Origin: Candidatus Zixiibacteriota bacterium | Lineage (GTDB): Bacteria; Zixibacteria; MSB-5A5; GN15; JAAZOE01 | Direction: 5' to 3' | Length of the DNA stretch: 15,247 nucleotides | NCBI GenBank assembly: GCA_043819555.1 | Contig: JBDREQ010000058.1 | Coordinates: 1-15,247, forward strand | Notes under the pieces: model-generated | Seen by the model: the letters and a program-made list of their open reading frames with translations, nothing else | Told to the model about the DNA's origin: nothing | Databases searched by the model: none | Shown here: piece after piece, positions 1 to 9,300 of the stretch | How positions within the stretch are numbered: position 1 is the first letter of the stretch | Layout of the letters: each line of letters begins with the position of its first letter | Translations under genes and position numbers: made by a program

Positions 1-3000
1 GCAAGCGGGATCACCTACAATTTCCAGAACACCAGTTGGTTTCTCACGGTCGAGAATTATACTGGCGGAACCATTGGCTTCATTTCCAGCCCGATCCATT
101 ACCCTGACATGTACTGTTCGCGTACCATCGCCAACGGCGAAGGTATGCGTTTCGGTACCAGTGTATGTCTGATAGACAGTGTTACCCTTGGCGGGATCGC
201 CAAAAGTATCATCTTCGGAAATCATAATCTTCCAGACACCACAGGTTTCGGTAAGAGTCAAATCAACCGGATTGGTAAGGAATCTAGTCTTGGCATCGCC
301 GTTACGAATCTCGACGAGATCAATAACAGGAGCTTCGGTATCGACTTTTATCCTGTCCCAAACCTGAGCGGAAACCACATCGGAGCAGTTCTTGCCTTCG
401 ATATGGACATATGTCCAGCCGCACTCGGTAGTTCCGGTCATATCAGCTGTATGAGTACCCGGATCGAAATCAATCCAGGCCACAGCGCTGAGATCCATTG
501 CAGCCGAGCTATTGGACACACCCATGCGAACATGAGTAATGTTGCTGGTAGCGCCGGCCAGAGCGAGGTTAGCTGTTAAGTCGTTAGTCCAGCCATCGCC
601 GCCATTAATTGTTAATGCGCCAACGCTGGTCGCACCCCACATACCGGTGATACTAGCATCAGCTTCATCGCTGACATTACCAACGTTATCTTTGACGGTG
701 GTAAATACTGTGTATAGATCACCGGGGGAACCACCACTTGTCCAGAGGTGAGTTCCTTCATAATAGGAGATACCTGCATCTACGTAATCAGGTGCACCTA
801 ATAGAACATAGCTACCAGCTCCGGTAGCATCACCCATTTTAAAGCGATTAGGATCGCCAGTAACACCCAGCAGGTAATCCACATTCCAGGTGACAGAGAA
901 TGCGCAATCTGCCGCCGGATCATTGTCAGCATCCATAATCACAAAGGATTCAATCACAGGCTGCGTTTTATCAAGAGTTACGATATCCGATTCAATTGCG
1001 GACACATTTCCAGCATCATCGCGAACGGCAAAGAAGACCTCATAGGGGCCATCCGGTGCAGAAGCGCCCAAATCAACCGGGAACGGATAGGAATTACCAA
1101 TCGGCCAATAGCAGGCTTGCCAATCCGCGCCGTCGCATGTTAAGGCCGCACCGCCGTCGTTAATCGAATAGGCGTACATTGTAGCTCCATAGTTACCCCA
1201 GTTTTCGACCTTACCATTTACGGTTGTATTACTGGTCAGAGTTGGAACATCAAAGGAGTACAGGGAATTATCCGGAGCGCTGGTATTGTATTCAATACTA
1301 TTGCTGCCCCAGCCGCTCTTGTTGCCATAAACGTCAGTAACCTGAACATACAGTGTATGCACAATATCACCCGGGTAGGTGACATTATCAAGATCGACGT
1401 CGAATGAAGCCACATATGCCTGAATCAGCCGAAAATCGCTGGCATAAGCCCATTGAACTTGACCCATGTCGTTCGGATCGGCGCTGTAATCGGTCGTAAC
1501 ATCGATAGTTACGCCGACGACATGCGTCCAGCCGTCTTCGGCGCATTCCTGCGAAGCAAGATCAAACGCCGGAGTCGCCGGACCGGTATTGTCAACCGAG
1601 AAAGCCAGGTCAAGAGTAGTATGGCCGCCATAGCCATTGCAATCATAAAGAAGCAGATTCAATGTATGATCGCCTGTGCCAAGGCCGAGAGCGCTGATAT
1701 CAAAGACGTGTGAACCGGTAAAGGATAAAACGCCAGCTCCACCCGGAGAGGCGATGTTAACCCATGAGCCAGCACCATCTATTTTATAGTAGAGCCCCAG
1801 CAGACAATAATCGTCAGCTAGTTCAAAATCGAGAGTCATATCAAAAGCGTCTGAATAAACATCATCGAACGTAGGTGAACCGCTGAGACCGGTGCTGACA
1901 AACTCTGGCGGCAGCTGATCGGAAACCGAAAACGCCATCGCCGGAGACATGGTTGGAATCGGATTGTTGTTCAAATCCTTATAGGATGAAGCAACAGTTA
2001 TGCTTCCCGAACCAACAGCGTCAGCTTTAGCTTCAAACGTAACGGTAACCAAAGTTCCCGAGGACGTCTGGGCTTCGGAATCACCACTACCAATATCTAT
2101 AGAAATTGAGCCCGCTGTGGAATTGTCATATACAAACGCAACCGGTTCCGGTAAGTAGTCGCCTTTTACTATCGAGACAACATCCAGAAGAGCGTCATCA
2201 TAGCTAATGACAAAATCGGCAGCTTTAAGCGCCGGGAACGGATCGCAAGTAGTGGCATCGTAAACGAAATCCACAACCATTGTCTCACCCAGCGCCAGAT
2301 CATCATTATCCGGAGTCGGTGTATTGGTCGCCATGACAGCGTAGTACCCCATATTGGCGCCGATCGGGAATGGATTGGCGCTTGTAGCATTATCTGAATA
2401 AAAGTTACCCAGTCCGCTACCCGTATACCAGAGGACCTGATATGGAGGCAAATACGCATTAACGTCCATAGCCGAGACGCCATTATTGTTCAAGCAGTTG
2501 CTGTAAATCGAAACAACTGTCGAACCAGCGCCATAAAGATGAGCGACATCAATACCAACGGCATTAAACTGGACATCGTTATCATGGAAGATACCCTGAG
2601 CGCCGGAAACACCGGCACGTAACAGGATACCTGCACCAACGGAAACATCAATATCGTTTCCGGAGACATCGTAGCCGGTTCCGGTACCCAAATTGATACC
2701 ATTACCGCCACTGTTCGAAACGATATTGCCAGTTACCATTCCGCCACCATCAACATCAATACCATCACCGGTACTTCCATCGACTGTATTATTGGTGACC
2801 GAAAGGGCGCCTACGACCATGATACCATCACCGGCGCTACCGGAAACCTCGTTGAGGTCTACAGTACAAGTACCAGTGACGTCAATACCATTAGCCGTGC
2901 TTCCAGAAACGGCATTACCGGAGATATCACCACTGCCAGTAACCGAGATGCCTTCACCAACGGTATTACCGGTGATTGCAAAACCAGTGCCACTGGCAAC

Positions 3001-3687
3001 CGATATGCCACCGGTGCCAACGGTGACACCATTGACTACCGAATTAGTGCTGACACCGATAAAGCCAAATCCCATAGCTTCGCCGCCGTCAAAGGAATTC
3101 ATATCCATGGCTGTACCAAGCGTGTTGTCAAATACAACACTGCCACCGGCCACACAATCGGTAAACATATTATTGTTAGCCGTAGTAAATGTGCCGTTAG
3201 TAAAGATACTAATTCCAGCAGACGCGGTGAGATTGGTGAAAACACCATCATTTACGTTCATCGACATGGCCATGAGATTGTCATCAAAGACAATATCATC
3301 CGCTGTCAGATTTGTAACACCGGTGCCACCAAAACCAGTAGCATATGCCATTATTGTCATTCCTGATATGATGATCCCATCGGTACCGCTTAGATCAAAG
3401 CCAGTACCTGTCTGATACGTTCCGGTAATTAATTGAACGCCTGCAGAGCTTTGTCCAAGGATTAAGAGATCATTATCAGATGCAACACAGGTTTCCGCAT
3501 ATACACCGTCATCAATATGAACGGTATCACCGTCGATACAATCATTGAGAGCAGCCTGGATTGTGACGTATTCGCCAAATCCGGCGCCCGGTCCGACAAC
3601 GTGACGCGCTGTCGCAAAGACCTGACCGGCGGTGAAAAGGCATATCAGAAAACCCAAAAGAAATAGTTTCTTTGTCATTGTCATCAT
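1..3687 (-). CDS. Large secreted/surface protein, 3'-truncated (>1229 aa): signal peptide, right-handed parallel beta-helix (~2400-3600), cohesin-like domain (~1925-2340), tandem Ig-like repeats (1-1920)
   Basis: Manual translation gives an uninterrupted frame from ATG at 3687 (alternatives 3684, 3678; GGAAGG RBS just upstream) to the window edge. N-terminus MMTMTKKLFLLGFLICLFTAGQVFA resembles a signal peptide. 'YVTIQAALNDCIDGDTVHIDDGVYAE' and GN-x-V-S/GIDV repeats are typical of beta-helix proteins. 'AADFVISYDDALLDVVSIVKGDYL...GTLVTVTFEAK' is cohesin-like. VxDxxGNxS motifs recur about every 100-110 aa. Absent from the ORF track because there is no stop in the window. Confidence 0.92.
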   Translation of the reverse strand, partial: MMTMTKKLFLLGFLICLFTAGQVFATARHVVGPGAGFGEYVTIQAALNDCIDGDTVHIDDGVYAETCVASDNDLLILGQSSAGVQLITGTYQTGTGFDLSGTDGIIISGMTIMAYATGFGGTGVTNLTADDIVFDDNLMAMSMNVNDGVFTNLTASAGISIFTNGTFTTANNNMFTDCVAGGSVVFDNTLGTAMDMNSFDGGEAMGFGFIGVSTNSVVNGVTVGTGGISVASGTGFAITGNTVGEGISVTGSGDISGNAVSGSTANGIDVTGTCTVDLNEVSGSAGDGIMVVGALSVTNNTVDGSTGDGIDVDGGGMVTGNIVSNSGGNGINLGTGTGYDVSGNDIDVSVGAGILLRAGVSGAQGIFHDNDVQFNAVGIDVAHLYGAGSTVVSIYSNCLNNNGVSAMDVNAYLPPYQVLWYTGSGLGNFYSDNATSANPFPIGANMGYYAVMATNTPTPDNDDLALGETMVVDFVYDATTCDPFPALKAADFVISYDDALLDVVSIVKGDYLPEPVAFVYDNSTAGSISIDIGSGDSEAQTSSGTLVTVTFEAKADAVGSGSITVASSYKDLNNNPIPTMSPAMAFSVSDQLPPEFVSTGLSGSPTFDDVYSDAFDMTLDFELADDYCLLGLYYKIDGAGSWVNIASPGGAGVLSFTGSHVFDISALGLGTGDHTLNLLLYDCNGYGGHTTLDLAFSVDNTGPATPAFDLASQECAEDGWTHVVGVTIDVTTDYSADPNDMGQVQWAYASDFRLIQAYVASFDVDLDNVTYPGDIVHTLYVQVTDVYGNKSGWGSNSIEYNTSAPDNSLYSFDVPTLTSNTTVNGKVENWGNYGATMYAYSINDGGAALTCDGADWQACYWPIGNSYPFPVDLGASAPDGPYEVFFAVRDDAGNVSAIESDIVTLDKTQPVIESFVIMDADNDPAADCAFSVTWNVDYLLGVTGDPNRFKMGDATGAGSYVLLGAPDYVDAGISYYEGTHLWTSGGSPGDLYTVFTTVKDNVGNVSDEADASITGMWGATSVGALTINGGDGWTNDLTANLALAGATSNITHVRMGVSNSSAAMDLSAVAWIDFDPGTHTADMTGTTECGWTYVHIEGKNCSDVVSAQVWDRIKVDTEAPVIDLVEIRNGDAKTRFLTNPVDLTLTETCGVWKIMISEDDTFGDPAKGNTVYQTYTGTETHTFAVGDGTRTVHVRVMDRAGNEANGSASIILDREKPTGVLEIVGDPAC

Positions 3688-3779
3688 TAAACCTTCCCAA
3701 TTAAGTTTTTTTAACTTCTGCGTTACGAAAATAGATTTGTAACTGCAGTAAAACGGGATTTTGCGGCGCAATGCGCCAC

Positions 3780-3816
3780 ATACAGGGATTTCCGGTTAGG
3801 GAGGAAATCCCTGTAT
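3780..3816. other. Perfect 14-bp inverted repeat (hairpin) in the leader of the surface protein gene
   Basis: ATACAGGGATTTCC-ggttaggga-GGAAATCCCTGTAT. Confidence 0.85.
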
Positions 3817-4105
3817 CCTTCGGCGCCTCAAAATTGAAGCCCCGAGAAACTGTTTACCATTGAGAAATGCAGGATAGCAAAGATATGCGGATTCGTATAG
3901 AACCGTCCCAGGTTAGGTGAGAGACCCCCACAAAATATTCACATTTCCTAACATCATCCCGTGGTAAGTACACCTACAAGAGTGTATAGCTTATAACTTC
4001 GGCCCGCTATCACCCCCCTTCGCATCTAAGAGGTTAAAACGCATAATTAAACCTTGATCAAAGCCTGTTACTTGACCACTTTAATTACAGCTATTAAACT
4101 ATATT

Positions 4106-4153
4106 AAAAAAGCCGAGGTGAATAAAGCGCTTAATTCTTTCACTGCCTCGACT
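4106..4153 (-). terminator. Possible intrinsic terminator/attenuator
   Basis: Minus strand GTCGAG-gca-GTGAA...TTCAC-CTCGGC followed by TTTTTT; imperfect stem with a large loop. Confidence 0.45.
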
Positions 4154-4258
4154 AATTCATCGGTTATCAATCCTCCCGTTAACATCGGTACAGAATTCTA
4201 AAAATATATGTGCTCATGTTGCGCTCTTTGTGTACAGTATAGATGGGCCTACGCTTGG

Positions 4259-4286
4259 AATATAACAATTACCGTTTCGAAGTCAA
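4259..4286 (-). promoter_or_regulatory. Putative sigma-70 promoter upstream of the surface protein gene
   Basis: Minus strand TTGACT-16 nt-TATATT with an extended -10 (TGn) element. Confidence 0.55.
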
Positions 4287-4377
4287 GGAAAATGTGAATT
4301 AATTTTTGTAAAAATCGTTGTACTTACACGCCTTAGTGGACGGATTAGTCTGTGCCAATAATTTTTTGGCGCGATGG

Positions 4378-4905
4378 CTATTGGGATGCGGTTATGGTGA
4401 GGCAAATGTCAATCGCATGCCCGCAAGATGGCGGCTTATTGGCCTTAATAAAGAACATCGCATTTTGAGATAAAAATACTTCCATAATTAATTCAGGATT
4501 GTTTTCAGGATCCCATATAAATTCCCGGCCGTCGAGATTAAGTGTTAATTCCCGCGCCGGTTTATCCTTATCAATTAATACCGCGAATTCCAGATCATAG
4601 ATTCCCTCAGGATTGCGAAACATCCAGACAATATCCTTTCGGACCGATGATATCCGTCCGCATATTATTTGAGATTGGCCCGCCCCGGATTCAATGATTG
4701 TTATCGTATCGATTAATGTAATGGTATCGATTTGGGTTAAAGTATCGATCACAACCAGGGTATCAACGCTGAACAAGGTATCTATATTGGGAACCGGATC
4801 GGCCCCGGTCACATCATCACTTTCAAGAGGATTGGAGCAATTTACGAAAATTACGCTGCCAACTAATAATAAAGCCCAAACGGCACAGATAATAAGCTTT
4901 TTCAC
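4378..4905 (-). CDS. Putative lipoprotein with five hexapeptide DT(L/I) repeats, function unknown (175 aa)
   Basis: Basic N-terminus, hydrophobic stretch and lipobox-like FVNC(23)SNP; IDTLFS-VDTLVV-IDTLTQ-IDTITL-IDTITI repeats; GTG start overlaps the upstream gene's TGA (GTGA). Confidence 0.82.
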   Translation of the reverse strand: MKKLIICAVWALLLVGSVIFVNCSNPLESDDVTGADPVPNIDTLFSVDTLVVIDTLTQIDTITLIDTITIIESGAGQSQIICGRISSVRKDIVWMFRNPEGIYDLEFAVLIDKDKPARELTLNLDGREFIWDPENNPELIMEVFLSQNAMFFIKANKPPSCGHAIDICLTITASQ

Positions 4906-5858
4906 TTTTCGCCTCCGAATGTTATGTGAGCCGTTATGGATAACAAAAACCGGTCCTTTTTCGTCTCGGATTTTGATTCTCCGGCAATAAGTTGCTTCGA
5001 CGGATTATAAGCGCCGGTAATTGAAATAAAATCATAAGGTGACACCCTCAATCCAAGCAATGGACCTTCAGACAATTTGGCATATTTGTAATACTTTTGA
5101 GAAATTTCCTCAATGCGAATCCACCCCCCGACGATGCCAACAAGTATGCGTTCACTTGGATAATAAATAATTTGACCGCCTATTAACCGTCGCCTTGTAT
5201 CCAGGTCAATTCCTTCAAATTCAAAAGAGCTTTTCCAGAATGAATGGCCGGCAAAGCCTTCGGCATATAGAGTATTTTTCCACGAAATGGCCCCGGTCGC
5301 GATTGGTATCCCCCCAAACGGCGATGTCGATAGTCCTACACCGAATTGAAGTCCCAGACTTTCCTTATATTCACTGGTGATTTCCTTGACTTCGGTAAAA
5401 TGCTTCTCCACGGGCGGCTTATCTTCCAGCGCTTTTACGCGTTTATTCAACTCGGAGAACTCGTTTATAACACGAACCGCGGCAAATCGGTACCTCCCGC
5501 CCATTTCCTTTGTATCCCCCGATTGAATAATAATTTGCGAGGAATCAATCTTAAACTCATTGATTAAGAGATTGCGGAGGACATGCGCCCGTCCGAGCGC
5601 CAGTCCCGGATTTTTGGCGTCATTGTCCTGCCTATATCTTTCGCCGTCAGCGCCCCCGGTTACTATTGCCCGGGCCAGCGGATATTTATGAAGCGTATCT
5701 TTTATCGCCTGCAATTCGCCAAAATAGGGAGCGAATAATTCTGGACTTACATCGCTGCCTACCCCGATCGGAAAATTGGTTATTATTACTTCCTGGGACG
5801 TAGCGATGGACGCCAGCAATAACAGAATCCCCGCTATTATAATGGTCAGATTCTTCAT
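4902..5858 (-). CDS. Outer-membrane protein: N-terminal OmpA-like peptidoglycan-binding domain, short coiled-coil linker, C-terminal beta-barrel (318 aa)
   Basis: Signal peptide; 'IVTGGADG...DAKNPGLALGRAHVLRNLL...YRFAAV' matches the OmpA_C G-x-x-D / N-x-x-L-x-x-x-R-A / R pattern; C-terminal half has alternating amphipathic strands (LGLQFGVGLS, LIGGQIIYYP, GPLLGLRVSP, FLLSITAHITF). Confidence 0.78.
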   Translation of the reverse strand: MKNLTIIIAGILLLLASIATSQEVIITNFPIGVGSDVSPELFAPYFGELQAIKDTLHKYPLARAIVTGGADGERYRQDNDAKNPGLALGRAHVLRNLLINEFKIDSSQIIIQSGDTKEMGGRYRFAAVRVINEFSELNKRVKALEDKPPVEKHFTEVKEITSEYKESLGLQFGVGLSTSPFGGIPIATGAISWKNTLYAEGFAGHSFWKSSFEFEGIDLDTRRRLIGGQIIYYPSERILVGIVGGWIRIEEISQKYYKYAKLSEGPLLGLRVSPYDFISITGAYNPSKQLIAGESKSETKKDRFLLSITAHITFGGEK

Positions 5859-5970
5859 AATTCACTCTTATCACTGTTAAAAGCCAAAGCATAGACCTTC
5901 ATTATTGATGCAATTCATTGCGTTTTAGTATTCTCCTGAATCTTCGCTGCATCTTTATAAATCTTTCTCT

Positions 5971-5990
5971 ATCACCGGATTTCCGGTGAT
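5971..5990. promoter_or_regulatory. Palindrome ~110 bp upstream of the OmpA-like gene (operator or leader hairpin)
   Basis: ATCACCGGA-tt-TCCGGTGAT, flanked by TTCTC/GAGAA. Confidence 0.45.
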
Positions 5991-6158
5991 TTTTGAGAAA
6001 AAATCAGATTGTTCAATACTGTTTGAGCAAATCCCATTCCTGATTTGTGTTTTGAAGGCAGGCATGGATCAATGAGAATTTATTGGAAAATTCATTAAGG
6101 GAAAAAAACTAAGGTGTCTGAATAAATTTTGGCCGGAATCGCTCTTTTGGAAGTACTT

Positions 6159-6197
6159 AAAAAATAACCCGGCGGGGAGAGCACAAACCCCGTCGGG
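6159..6197 (-). terminator. Intrinsic terminator downstream of the large secreted protein gene
   Basis: Minus strand CCCGACGGGG-10 nt-CCCCGCCGGG (one mismatch) followed by TTATTTTTT. Confidence 0.7.
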
Positions 6198-6286
6198 CAT
6201 TATGCTCAATCAACAGCTATTGATTGAGGCATCATCCCCGTTTATCACGTCCCCCTCTATTTCATTAGAAACATCTTTCTCAAATA

Positions 6287-6369
6287 GTAGGCATGGAGCC
6301 CAACGGGCTCCAGCCATTTACGCGTTCCGTCAAGTCCTGGACGCCGAAGGCGGGTGTAACCTGACGGAA
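6287..6369. repeat. Two adjacent REP-like palindromic elements
   Basis: GTAG-GCA-TGGAGCCC-aac-GGGCTCCA-GCC (6287-6315); TTCCGTCAAGT...ACCTGACGGAA (6325-6369) enclosing CGCC-GAA-GGCG. Confidence 0.45.
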
Positions 6370-6383
6370 TCCAAAATGAATCA

Positions 6384-9300
6384 TCACTTCATCAGTATCA
6401 TCTTTTTGGTATCTGAGTATATACCAGCTTCTAATCTGTAAAAATATATTCCAGAGGCAGCCGGGCGGCCAAAGCTGTCTTTACCGTCCCAAACGACTGA
6501 GTGCAAACCGGCTTCCAAATGAGCATTAATGAGACTTGTTATCCGTTGCCCCATAATATTGAAGATATCCAGTTTAACATCCACTGCATCGGGCAGCGCA
6601 AAGCTAATCTCCGTGGACGGGTTGAAGGGATTTGGGTAGTTTTGGCTGAGTGAGAACTCGGTTGGAAGCTGCTCCGCGTCATTCTGCTTGTAGGCGATAT
6701 TGGCGGTAGTGGGATCGAGCATGCCTGCCGGGACTATCTGTCCTTCGTTGATCATCTCCGCAATATCCTTGGCAGCCTCGTCGTTGTCCGCATTGCCGTC
6801 ACTGATCAGAATATTACAATAGGTAATGGCCTGTGAGACGGTGAGGGAATCCTCACTGATCGGATGCCACTGAGCGATCTTTCCGGAAACCATGTTTAGC
6901 AAAAGGGCAGTAAGATGGGCCCGAGCTTTCTCGTTCATTGTTGCTTTCCCTTTAGGAGAAATCGTAGCTCGTAGGGCTTCAAGCCGTTGATTGCAATCAT
7001 CTGTCAAAATAACTTCGAATACATTTACCGGATTCAGTCCATGCTGATTGAAATGAGCACGTATAAGCTCCATGTAATCGCACATATCCTCGTAGGTTTC
7101 ATGCGGATTTCCCTTGTCCGACAACAGTGCGTTTACTTGGTGCATCCAGTAGCCGCGTCCGCGTTGATGTGGTATGATATCGAGTGGTGTTAGAATGAAA
7201 ATGCACATTTCATTCAAACCCATAACTGCTATCTGTTGAGACTCTTCATCTGAATTATAGCCCAGAGGTGTTACCATAGCCACCACATATTCTCCGTTTT
7301 CCAAAGCCCCAAAATCGTAGTCTCCGTCGTTATTCGTGATTGCGGTTGCTATTAAGTTACCTAGTGAATCGTATAGGTCAACCGCAACGCCAATAAGTCC
7401 GACTCCTGAACTGGAAACTGTACCGGAAAGTGTTCCGTGAGTCAGCATCATCTCAACGTTTGTTTGCCAACTCCAGTCTGTTGCAGATAAGCTGCACTCA
7501 AAAATGCCATCAGCATCAAAGTCCACTAGCGCTGTTGTGTTTCGTATTTCTCGGCCTAATTTTATCTCAGCCTGTGATGACGGTGTAATTGGTATTCTAT
7601 ACGTAACTAGATCAAGCGTATTATCGGCATTATAGATTGAAATCATCACAAATGCAGAATCGAATCCTTTTCCGTAAATATTCAATGAATAGTCAGACGC
7701 AACTGGCAAATCAAATAGCCACGACTCATTTTTGTGGTCAAGATAGGCACCCTGTATTTCATCATATTCATTACCATTAAGTTCTCCTATTCTTCCCCCC
7801 ATATCATCAAGTATTACTACATCAACCGGACACCTTACGGATACTTTATGCATTTTCTTTTCCATGTAATCAGTGAGCACTCGCTGTGATATTGCCAGGA
7901 CTTCAGAAAAATGTCTCGACATGCCCGGCGTGCCTTCATAGTCCAAGAAGTCAAACCAGTCGTATGGCCTTACAGGGTTTATCCCCCCAACTATCCATGT
8001 GTCGTCATCTTGGGGAAGAGCTATGGTTGCGGTAGGGGTGGATGGGTTAATATTGTCGTAGGAAATCACAGAGAACTCTTCATCAATATTGCGGATCATT
8101 CCTGTCGGGACAATACTATGACCAAATCCAGAAGAGCTGTAAGAAAGAATAGGAGGTTCGTCATCTTCCAAGAACCACTTCAATCGAAGGCTCTTGGATT
8201 GTGGAGTTTCCCGCATTGCGTCTGGTCTTGAAAGGATTGATTTTATATTGAAAATCGTATGATGTTCGCTGATATCTTCCTGCAATTGAATGTTAGCGCT
8301 GGACCAAGAGAATACATCGCCGGGTAAGGGTTTTGAGGACTCATCTAAATAGTATTCAGAGCTAGATGCCGCCATACCTGAACAAAGTCCGAACTGGGTA
8401 TTCTGTTCTTCCACAACCTCACTACCTATTAAGTAGACATATAAATCCCGCAAGTTCTCGTAGATGTCAACGAGCACAGTAGCTATTTCCCAGAGTCCCT
8501 TACTGGTTATAAGTTCTGTAAGCTCAGTATTGGTGAAAGAGAAATTATCGCGTCCAAATTGAAATCCAGAGAAGTAAACATTGCAGGTTGCACTTGATGA
8601 CTCATTCATGGCATCCTTGACAATTAGTTTTGGAGTGATGTGTCGCTTGGACTGGCTGTCTCCATAATCAAAATGGATTAGTTGATTCTCATAATTCTGG
8701 ATCTGGTCAGGTGTGAAGCTGTCATCAATTATGCCATCTCCATTATAATCCATCTCATACAACACAATGTTATTGTCAGGATCTGTACTGTTTGTTAGCT
8801 TAAAAGAAACCTTGTAGAAATTGGAGTGTCCTCCAGTAAAGCGACCACGTAGTATTGCCACTGGAGGGCTGTTGGTACTTGATCCAGAATAACTCAAAAT
8901 GCTAAGTCCGCTGGCACCATCAGCCAAATAGACATAATCACCAACAACCTGGATACCCCAGTGCGGGTCTCCTCCGGTGGCATATTCGTCAAGCAATGTG
9001 GGGTTTGTTTTGTCGGAAATGTCTACAACCTAAAGGCCGTAGCTTCTCTCTCCAAGAAATGCCATGTTTCCTGAAATCGCAATACCCCAGGGATCACCAT
9101 GCGTTGGAAAGCCACTACCCAAACGCACCGGATCAGAGGGGTTCGAGACATCTACAACATTAAATGAGAATCCACTGTGGTAAACGTAATTGCCTGACGC
9201 GGTGATTTCATGTACAGAGTTGCTGCCGGACAGCGAAGCGACCTTGGTCTGAGTTAATGGTGATGAAATGTCAAAAATGTCTATTCCGTACGGTGAATGT

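Noticed and set aside
109..3415. ORF-track calls 109..579, 179..367, 539..751, 1453..1713, 2693..3415 (+) and 2169..2483, 2490..2711 (-)
   Set aside because: Antisense or alternate-frame shadows of the continuous 1..3687 minus-strand gene.
4100..4185. Leader peptide (MLTGGLITDELVEAVKELSALFTSAFLI, or a minimal M-N-stop ORF after GGGAGG)
   Set aside because: No regulatory codon run or other support; short ORFs like this arise by chance.
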